From Saprospiraceae bacterium (GTDB lineage Bacteria > Bacteroidota > Bacteroidia > Chitinophagales > Saprospiraceae), in contig JAHDEC010000002.1 of assembly GCA_020629035.1 (NCBI GenBank), positions 103,228 through 127,227 of the forward strand: a stretch of 24,000 bases of DNA. The letters are read 5' to 3'. A model generated the notes under the pieces. That model worked only from the letters and a program-made list of their open reading frames with translations, ran no database searches and was not told the DNA's origin. How positions within the stretch are numbered: the first letter of the stretch is position 1; each line of letters starts with the position of its first letter. Positions 8,790 to 15,449 of the stretch are shown here, piece after piece. A program made the translations under genes and the position numbers.

Positions 8790-10226
8790 ATGCCTAATAT
8801 CGACAAACAATTATCCTTAATGGAACGAACAGTTCCTTTGTTTGTTTTTTTTGCATTACTAGTCTATGGTCTGTTTTTACAGCCTATGTTGTTTAAGGGG
8901 CCCATGCTTTCTTTAGAAGTCCTCATTTTAATTGCAATCAGTTTTTCTAGTATTTACTTAATGTTTAAGGGGTTTAGCTGGAAATCGATAGAACAGGCAA
9001 TCACTAAAAAAGTTGGTGAATCTATTCCTATTGTGTTGATCTTATTTTCTATAGGAGTTTTGATTGGAAGCTGGATTGTCTCAGGAACTATTCCAATGCT
9101 TATTTACTATGGGATTTCTATGGTTTCTCCGCAATGGATATATCTCTTCGCTTTCATAATTTGTATTTTATTTTCCTTGCTCACAGGTACCTCCTGGGGT
9201 TCAGCTGGGACTATCGGGGTGGTTATGATGGGTATTTCAGAAGTCTACGATGCAAATTTGGCAATAACAGCTTCTGCCGTAGTCGGTGGATCTTTTTTTG
9301 GAGATAAAATGTCACCCCTGTCAGACACAACAAATATTGCATCACTAGCCACCCAAGTACATATCTTTGATCACATTAAATCAATGATGTATACCACCGG
9401 ACCGGCAGCATTGATTGCAGTTGCTTTTTATGGAATTTTGTGTTTTACGTCTGATATCGGCGGATCAAATCTTGCACAAGTTGATCAAGTCGACTTAACC
9501 CTTTCGACTTTAAACCAGATTTTCAACTTCAATATAGTATTGCTTTTGCCGCTGGTATTAGTCCTCTATGGTTCCATGACTAGAAAGCCGATAGTTTTAA
9601 CCTTATTGGGTTCCGCATGGCTAGCGGTCATCCTAGCAGTTATGTTTCAAGATTTTAATTTACAGGAAGCCATTTTGTCTTGTAAATCGGGTTTTGATGC
9701 TAGTTTCATAGATTTTGAGTTGCCCGAAGGGGTGGAGGTTTTAAATATTCTAAACAGAGGTGGATTATATAACCTCATTGAAGGCATTGTTGTCTCGATC
9801 CTAATTTTTGCTTTTATTGGCACCTTAGAATTAGTCCAAGCGATTCAATACTCCATAGAGCATTTGTTTAGAAATTTAAGGCGGAGAAGCTCATTAGTTG
9901 CTTCTTCATTAGCAGCTACATTACTTACTAATTTGACAACATCTAACCAATATGCAACAAGTTTTATAATTGGTGCTGCCTTTAAAGAGAAGTTTGACGA
10001 ATTAAAAGTTAAACGAAAGGTTCTTTCTCGTTCCATTGAAGATGCTGGTACGATGATGGAGAATTTACTTCCTTGGACTCCTTCTGGAATTTTTATGGCT
10101 CAGACCCTTGGAGTTTCTACCTTTGATTATGCTGCTTGGCAGATACTTTCATTATCAAACATTGTGATTGCCTTTTTCTTTGCATTCACAGGAATCGCCT
10201 GTTTCTATAGAAAAACTAAGAATTAA
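8790..10226 (+). CDS. NhaC-family Na+/H+ antiporter-like transporter
   Basis: The 478-aa polytopic membrane protein has NhaC-family signatures (LTGTSWGSAGTIGVVMMG, FFGDKMSPLSDTTN, LLPWTPSGIFM). The substrate cannot be read from the sequence. Confidence 0.8.
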   Translation: MPNIDKQLSLMERTVPLFVFFALLVYGLFLQPMLFKGPMLSLEVLILIAISFSSIYLMFKGFSWKSIEQAITKKVGESIPIVLILFSIGVLIGSWIVSGTIPMLIYYGISMVSPQWIYLFAFIICILFSLLTGTSWGSAGTIGVVMMGISEVYDANLAITASAVVGGSFFGDKMSPLSDTTNIASLATQVHIFDHIKSMMYTTGPAALIAVAFYGILCFTSDIGGSNLAQVDQVDLTLSTLNQIFNFNIVLLLPLVLVLYGSMTRKPIVLTLLGSAWLAVILAVMFQDFNLQEAILSCKSGFDASFIDFELPEGVEVLNILNRGGLYNLIEGIVVSILIFAFIGTLELVQAIQYSIEHLFRNLRRRSSLVASSLAATLLTNLTTSNQYATSFIIGAAFKEKFDELKVKRKVLSRSIEDAGTMMENLLPWTPSGIFMAQTLGVSTFDYAAWQILSLSNIVIAFFFAFTGIACFYRKTKN

Positions 10227-10973
10227 TTATTGGTTTTTAAATTTAGCTTCGTATTCTGCTAGGCCAATATTGCTATCTTTTCTAAGCTCTTTTAAAAGCA
10301 TATCACCAGAGACCATATCTTGATCATAGGTTATTAGCCAGAGTTTTTTCTCGTCATCCATCCGTTCTAAAATTCTGACTCCATAATTATCTCTCATGGT
10401 TTTAAACCAAGTAGGTAATTTCACTACGCCATCAATGGAGATAACTATTCTAGATTTGTCTATTTGGACGTTTGATTGTTCTCCTTCTTCCATACCGTCC
10501 ACATTTGCAGCTTCGAGTAGTATCCAGCCATCGCTTTCGGCAACTTCATTTAGAAGTTCCTCTAAAGCTACATGACTTTCAGGTCTTCGTTCTTTTCCTG
10601 AACTTAATTGTAAGGTATCTGCAACTTTATATCCAAGAGTAATTAAAGGTAAATCTGGTAAGCGACTTGGGATTTCTCGTTCGAATGTCTCAAAATTACT
10701 AGTAGCAAATGCTTGTTTAAGATTTGAGAATGTTTGTTTATCGAGCTGCTTTTCATATTTACCTAATTTGTCGGTAAATCGCTCGCCATTAAATTGGGCC
10801 ATCCCATTTCCATAGATACTGAGTTGGTAAGTCGGACATCTACCAAAGCAAATGCCTTTAGCCAAATACATAATCAACTCATCTTCATTAAACGATTTAT
10901 CAGTACCAATTTCTTTATTGGTCTTACAAGAAAAAATCATAAGTAGCGCTGCAACTATTGTAATATACTTCAT
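10227..10973 (-). CDS. Lipoprotein with DUF6438-like N-terminal domain; unknown function
   Basis: It has a lipoprotein signal (VAALLMIFSC). The CFGRCPTYQLSIYGNGMAQFNG motif resembles the CxGxCPxY core I associate with DUF6438. The C-terminal roughly 80 aa (IVISIDGVV...WLITYD...LLKELRKDSNIGLAEYE) is a separate small alpha/beta-like domain. Confidence 0.55.
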   Translation of the reverse strand: MKYITIVAALLMIFSCKTNKEIGTDKSFNEDELIMYLAKGICFGRCPTYQLSIYGNGMAQFNGERFTDKLGKYEKQLDKQTFSNLKQAFATSNFETFEREIPSRLPDLPLITLGYKVADTLQLSSGKERRPESHVALEELLNEVAESDGWILLEAANVDGMEEGEQSNVQIDKSRIVISIDGVVKLPTWFKTMRDNYGVRILERMDDEKKLWLITYDQDMVSGDMLLKELRKDSNIGLAEYEAKFKNQ

Positions 10974-11024
10974 TTCACAAATTATAGATCAAAAATACAA
11001 TTCCTTAAGCTATAATGCATTTTT

Positions 11025-12092
11025 CTAAACAACAGTTCCTCCACAGCTGCTTCCTGAACCTGCCGTACATCCAAAACAATGTTGATTTGTAACTATAGTT
11101 CGCTTTTTAAAGGCATCTAAATCAAAATCTGAGATATGTTTTGCTTCGACATTAGGGGATAGCTCTAACATTTGATTAAAATCGCAATCATATATAAAAC
11201 CATCCCAGGAAACAGAAACAGTATTTCTGCACATTAGACCGGGAATTGTAGTGGGATTAAATGCTTCGACTAGAGAAGTCATGTATTGCTCGTAATTGCC
11301 AGATTCAATTAGATAATCTAAAAACCTACTTACGGGCAGATTGGTGATGGCATATAAATCATTAAATACTATATCGTACTTTCTTTTTAGTTGTCTTTTA
11401 AATTCAGCTTGCAGGGATGCTTGATCTCCTGGAAGGAACGCACCAGAAGGGTTATAAACTAAGTCTAACTTTAAGCCTGAACCTTCTTTACCATAACCAA
11501 CAGCATTTAGATCTTTTAGACTTTGGATAGAATCTTCAAAAACTCCATCACCTCGCTGACTGTCCGTCCTAGACTTGCTGAAATAGGGTAGTGAAGAGAC
11601 GATCTGAACTTTATTTTTAGCAAAAAAGGCTGGTAAATCTTTATACTTTGGATTAGCTTGTATTATCGTTAAATTGCATCGATCAATCACCTCACTGCCA
11701 GCAGCTCTACATGCTTCCACAAACCATCTAAAATGCGGGTTCATTTCAGGTGCTCCTCCTGTAATATCTACAGTTTTAATTTGGTGTTTCTGTATAATGT
11801 CGAGACAAATTTCAAGTGTTTCCCCAGACATATTTTCTTCTTTTCGGTCTGGGCCTGCATCTACATGGCAATGTGCACATGTTTGGTTGCATAATTTACC
11901 AATGTTGAGTTGAAATATGTCTAAATCCGTAGCATGAATCCCATCAGCATATCCATGATTTGCTAATTTTTCTTCAAATGAATCAACGTTAATTTCAGGG
12001 AATATTTTATTTAATACATCTATTTGTATTAGTGTATTTGATAAGTCTGATTGCCTTGATTTTAAAGATTTTGATCGTTGTTTAACGCCCAT
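11025..12092 (-). CDS. arsS: ArsS-type radical SAM / Cys-rich domain protein (arsenosugar-biosynthesis radical SAM family, TIGR04167-like)
   Basis: The radical SAM cluster motif CNQTCAHC lies at nt 11868-11891 (aa 68-75), followed by HVDAGPDR and GGAPEMNP. The Cys-rich C-terminus (HCFGCTAGSGSSCGG) is characteristic of this family. The start codon is 2 nt downstream of the AhpD-like gene's stop. Confidence 0.8.
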   Translation of the reverse strand: MGVKQRSKSLKSRQSDLSNTLIQIDVLNKIFPEINVDSFEEKLANHGYADGIHATDLDIFQLNIGKLCNQTCAHCHVDAGPDRKEENMSGETLEICLDIIQKHQIKTVDITGGAPEMNPHFRWFVEACRAAGSEVIDRCNLTIIQANPKYKDLPAFFAKNKVQIVSSLPYFSKSRTDSQRGDGVFEDSIQSLKDLNAVGYGKEGSGLKLDLVYNPSGAFLPGDQASLQAEFKRQLKRKYDIVFNDLYAITNLPVSRFLDYLIESGNYEQYMTSLVEAFNPTTIPGLMCRNTVSVSWDGFIYDCDFNQMLELSPNVEAKHISDFDLDAFKKRTIVTNQHCFGCTAGSGSSCGGTVV

Positions 12093-12094
12093 AA

Positions 12095-12436
12095 TTACAT
12101 TGTCAATTTTTTAACGTGATTCATCATTTGAACACTATTTACCAATGCTGCTCCACTTTTAATGGCCGCTGCAACATGCACTGCTTCCATCATTTGTTCC
12201 TCATCCGCTCCTTTGCTTAAACAAGTCGAAGAATAAGCATCAATACAATAGGGACACTGAACTGTATGAGCAACAGCTAATGCAATTAAGGCTTTCTCCC
12301 TAGCCGTTAACGCACTTTCCTTAAATACAGTTGAGTACCAATCAAAAAACTTGTCACCCATTTCCTTTTGAAAATCGGTAATACTGCTAAATTTCTTTAA
12401 GTCTTCAGGATTGAAGTACGAGTTTTTATCTGACAT
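12095..12436 (-). CDS. AhpD/carboxymuconolactone-decarboxylase-fold CxxC protein (arsenosugar biosynthesis-associated peroxidase-like family, TIGR04169-like)
   Basis: The 113-aa protein has the CPYC motif at nt 12245-12256 in an AhpD-like context (LIALAVAHTVQCPYCIDAY). It sits immediately upstream of arsS, which is the conserved pairing of these two families. Confidence 0.75.
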   Translation of the reverse strand: MSDKNSYFNPEDLKKFSSITDFQKEMGDKFFDWYSTVFKESALTAREKALIALAVAHTVQCPYCIDAYSSTCLSKGADEEQMMEAVHVAAAIKSGAALVNSVQMMNHVKKLTM

Positions 12437-12605
12437 AGAGGAAATAAACTTAAGTGAACAAATTACAAACGATAAATAATAGTATTAGTTTTGCCAATAT
12501 TGGACAAATTAGGGACTTTTAATTAATCATAGACAAATTGAATGATAATAATGGACTGTTACATTCTAATTATTCATGAACGAAAGAATCGTTAACTTTG
12601 CAAGC

Positions 12606-13124
12606 ATGATTTGTAATTTAAACAACATTTTTTTAATACTCATTACTTGTTTAGCTTTTACAGCTTGCAATGAAAGTGGTCAGGCGATCAATGAGTATCC
12701 ACAATTAAATGGACATGTATTAAATATTGATCACAACCCTGGTGAAAATATTAGCTTCGAATTATTTAATGCGACAGTGCCTAGTTTTTTTCCTTCCGGA
12801 AAGTTTAATGGCGAACTTTTTACTTTTTTACTGGCAAAAGGAATTACTGCGGGAGATAATGCGGAAATCATCGAGTTAGGATTGTTGATCTTTGAGCAAA
12901 ATGATAGCCTTCATCAAGTACTTATAGCATCACCTAAAAACGAAAAGCACAAGATAGTTTTATCCGAAAATTTCAACGATTTTTCCTTAGATCATCCAAA
13001 TATTAAACACCTAATAGAATCGTGGATTAAAACAAATTGTCCAGAAAACAGTTGTAAGAATGTAAAATGGCAAAATGATTTCAAAGCCAGATTGAAAATA
13101 CAAGAACTACTATCTAAAAAATAA
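12606..13124 (+). CDS. Hypothetical lipoprotein (172 aa from the ATG at 12606; the track ORF begins at 12576)
   Basis: It has a signal peptide with a lipobox (FLILITCLAFTAC). I recognise no family. It ends 4 nt before the next gene. Confidence 0.5.
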   Translation: MICNLNNIFLILITCLAFTACNESGQAINEYPQLNGHVLNIDHNPGENISFELFNATVPSFFPSGKFNGELFTFLLAKGITAGDNAEIIELGLLIFEQNDSLHQVLIASPKNEKHKIVLSENFNDFSLDHPNIKHLIESWIKTNCPENSCKNVKWQNDFKARLKIQELLSKK

Positions 13125-13128
13125 CCGT

Positions 13129-14361
13129 TTGTCAGAAATTATCTGTCCATTATTTGGATTAAAAACTAAATCACCTATAAAATCTGCTGTCTTGGAAGAT
13201 GGTTATGAAATTAGTGTTGCTGATACCATAGAGAATGTAGTTTGCTGGGATAGCATTGCAAAAAACAATATTTACCTATCTAGTAAATTCTTAAATTTTG
13301 TGGTTGAAAACCCTCCCAGTGATATTTCCAGCAGGTTTGTTTCAGTCTATAAAAACAATCAATTAGTAGGTATTTTATACTTTCAAATCAAGGATCTAAA
13401 TCTTGGTAAAGCCATGCGTATAGATCGAGAAAAGTCTGGTTTGTTTGAATTTATGAAGAAAGTAAGACATTCCCTATACGGCTTAATTAATCATAAAGTA
13501 TTGATTTGTGGAAATACCCTTGTGACTGGTGATAACGCCTTCAGATTTATTGAAAAACTAACTGAAAATGAATCTAATGCTTTAGTCAATAATTGTATTG
13601 ATTTTGTAATTGAAGATGAGAAGAGACGTGGTCATAATATTCGAAGTATTCTGGTTAAAGATTTTTACAAGAATAATATCAAATCAAAGATTCAATTTCA
13701 CCATGACCTATATACGCCTTTAGAGGTTCAACCCAATATGATTTTTGAATTGAATCCTAACTGGACGAGTTTTGAAGATTATTTGGCTGCAATGAAAGCA
13801 AAGAGTAGAACAAGATTAAAAAGAGCCCTTAAGAAATCAGAAAACTTATCCTTCAGGACATTGAGTACTGATGAGATTGAAGAATACAATGATGAAATTT
13901 ATAGTTTATATAAATCAACATCGGATAATGCCAGCTTTAATTTGTTTTTGTTAGATAGAAATTACTTTCTAAATTTTGCTAAGAAATTCCCTAATCGCTT
14001 TCAATTGCATGCGGTTTTTAAAGCTGACAAATTAATCGCTTTTTATACTACTATTGAAGAAGAAGATGTTCTAGATGCGCATTTTTTAGGATACAATAGA
14101 AATGAAAACCAACAACACCAGTTATATCTAAATATCCTATTAAAGTTGGTTCAAAAAACGATTTATTTGGGTAAAGCTCAGTTATGTTTATCTAGAACTG
14201 CAATGGAAATAAAAAGCTCAATCGGGGCTCAAGGTCACGATATGAATGTATATCTTAAGTCAAGAAATAAGCTCATTAACGCCTCGCTGAAAAAAATATT
14301 AGAAACAGTTGCACCCAAAGAAAAGTGGGTTCCTAGAAGTCCTTTTAAAAAGGCTAACTAA
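13129..14361 (+). CDS. FemAB-like / GNAT-superfamily acyltransferase (Acetyltransf_6 or DUF482-like), substrate unknown
   Basis: The 410-aa protein uses a TTG start; it is the first ATG/GTG/TTG codon after the upstream in-frame stop, and no in-frame ATG occurs until about aa 95. The layout resembles FemAB-like GNATs: an N-terminal WDSIA...SSKFLNFVVEN segment, and a C-terminal half with FQLHAVFKADKLIAFYTTIE...DAHFLGYN...LYLNILLKLVQKTIYLGKAQLCLSRTAMEIKSSIGA. The assignment is by pattern only. Confidence 0.5.
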   Translation: MSEIICPLFGLKTKSPIKSAVLEDGYEISVADTIENVVCWDSIAKNNIYLSSKFLNFVVENPPSDISSRFVSVYKNNQLVGILYFQIKDLNLGKAMRIDREKSGLFEFMKKVRHSLYGLINHKVLICGNTLVTGDNAFRFIEKLTENESNALVNNCIDFVIEDEKRRGHNIRSILVKDFYKNNIKSKIQFHHDLYTPLEVQPNMIFELNPNWTSFEDYLAAMKAKSRTRLKRALKKSENLSFRTLSTDEIEEYNDEIYSLYKSTSDNASFNLFLLDRNYFLNFAKKFPNRFQLHAVFKADKLIAFYTTIEEEDVLDAHFLGYNRNENQQHQLYLNILLKLVQKTIYLGKAQLCLSRTAMEIKSSIGAQGHDMNVYLKSRNKLINASLKKILETVAPKEKWVPRSPFKKAN

Positions 14362-14430
14362 GTTTGTCTCACCATTTAGTTGTTTCTCTGTTGATACTGA
14401 GAAATTTAAATTTCTTATTTAAAAGAATGA

Positions 14431-14769
14431 TTATTGAATACTTGGCAGCTCGTAGGCTTTGTAGAGTCCTTTGATTTTGTGTTTATCGTAAAGCGGCGAA
14501 TTATCAATTTGGTCTTTGTTCAAATGTTCCATTGAATATGCATAGATATTTTCAGTAGAGATGGTGGTTTTTTGCGGTTTAAGAACTGCAAATAGTAAGA
14601 AGCTTGCAGCAATTCCTCCGAGCCAATACCATTTTTTAGGAAGATACTTTAACGTGTGCGAATCTTCATTTTCTAGTAAATCATTTAATTTATTCCACGC
14701 CCTTGGCGAAGGAGTTTCTTTGGCAGATAGACTATTTTCTTTTATGTTTTCCCAAATATTATTTTCCAT
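14431..14769 (-). CDS. Small single-pass membrane protein, putative anti-sigma factor cognate to the upstream ECF sigma
   Basis: Its ATG overlaps the sigma gene by 11 nt. It has one TM helix (WYWLGGIAASFLLFAVL). It lacks an HxxxCxxC zinc motif. The call is based on position and topology only. Confidence 0.45.
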   Translation of the reverse strand: MENNIWENIKENSLSAKETPSPRAWNKLNDLLENEDSHTLKYLPKKWYWLGGIAASFLLFAVLKPQKTTISTENIYAYSMEHLNKDQIDNSPLYDKHKIKGLYKAYELPSIQ

Positions 14770-15310
14770 TGGTTCCGGATTTATAGCCGTGTTTTTTTTT
14801 AATAATGCTTTGTAGCTTTTTCTTAGCCTGTATTAATTGCGATTTACTTGTATTGATGCTAATATCAAGCTTTTCAGCAATTTCTCGATGCTTATATCCC
14901 TCGATAACGTTAAGATTGAAGACTGTTCGATAGCCAACGGGTAATTGATCTAATAGTGAAATGAGTTCTTTGTACTGGATATCAGTCTGAATTTTCTCTT
15001 GCTCTGGGATATCTATTTCATCTTGTTGTAAGGACAAGTGGAAGTTTTTCCTTTGCCTTAAAAACATGAGTGATTCGTTGACCATGATTTTTTTCATCCA
15101 CCCTTCAAAACTTCCCTTATCTTGATATTGATCTATTTTTTTAAATATTTTAAAAAAACCTTGAACAAGAACATCCTCTGCTTCCATCGGCTCTTTCACA
15201 TATCTCATACAAATAGTGAAGAATAAGGGTGAGTAATAATCATAAAGCTTTCGCTGAGCTATTCGCTCGCCCTTTTTACATTGTGATATGATGGCTTTAA
15301 GATTATTCAA
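14759..15310 (-). CDS. ECF-type RNA polymerase sigma-70 factor
   Basis: It has sigma region 2 (EAEDVLVQGFFKIFKKIDQY...WMKKIMVNESLMFLRQRK) and a region 4 HTH (YRTVFNLNVIEGYKHREIAEKLDISINTSKSQLIQAKKKL). Confidence 0.9.
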   Translation of the reverse strand: MNNLKAIISQCKKGERIAQRKLYDYYSPLFFTICMRYVKEPMEAEDVLVQGFFKIFKKIDQYQDKGSFEGWMKKIMVNESLMFLRQRKNFHLSLQQDEIDIPEQEKIQTDIQYKELISLLDQLPVGYRTVFNLNVIEGYKHREIAEKLDISINTSKSQLIQAKKKLQSIIKKKHGYKSGTNGK

Positions 15311-15407
15311 AATCTATGTCTTTTGCTTTAAGATGTAAGATTCTTAAGTTTTGGTGTATATAGATTCAATTTAGTTGAATTTCAGCAAGTATGCTTAATA
15401 AAGTGAA

Positions 15408-15415
15408 TATATTTG
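15408..15415 (+). promoter_or_regulatory. Putative Bacteroidota -7 promoter box (TATATTTG) for valS
   Basis: This is a perfect TAnnTTTG match, 34 nt upstream of the valS ATG. Confidence 0.4.
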
Positions 15416-15449
15416 TGGTTCAATTTTGTGTAAAAAGATAAAAGCGTAA

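Noticed and set aside
10224-10229. The convergent nhaC-family gene and the DUF6438-like gene abut with zero intergenic nucleotides (TAA immediately followed by TTA).
   Set aside because: This is a notable lack of terminator space, but tight convergent junctions occur in compact genomes. Nothing else is unusual at the site.
11674-11913. A 79-aa plus-strand ORF inside arsS.
   Set aside because: It is antisense to the radical SAM core, including the CxxxCxxC region. It has no motif support.
11025-12436. Possible selenocysteine recoding in the ArsS / AhpD-like pair, since both families have selenoprotein members.
   Set aside because: Both ORFs are uninterrupted, with Cys at the relevant positions (CPYC; CFGCTAGSGSSCGG). 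There is no in-frame TGA, and arsS ends at a TAG, so these are the Cys forms.
14400-14415. A perfect 16-bp palindrome AGAAATTTAAATTTCT between the convergent GNAT and anti-sigma genes, and the similar AT-only palindrome AATTTAAATT after the HMG-CoA lyase gene (1751-1760).
   Set aside because: The stems are almost entirely A/T and would be very weak hairpins. They may help termination, but I cannot support calling them terminators.
14561-14815. An 84-aa plus-strand ORF overlapping the anti-sigma-like gene and the 3' end of the sigma gene.
   Set aside because: The minus-strand arrangement, a sigma gene with an overlapping start for a single-TM protein, is a coherent operon. The plus-strand ORF has no start-site context or motifs.
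15311-15449. A possible T-box, riboswitch or leader structure upstream of valS, and inverted repeats ATTCAA-n5-TTGAAT (15364-15380) and AATCTAT/ATAGATT in the divergent spacer.
   Set aside because: The region is too short and AT-rich for a T-box. No specifier or antiterminator-like elements are visible. The 6-7 bp inverted repeats are within chance expectation for this base composition.
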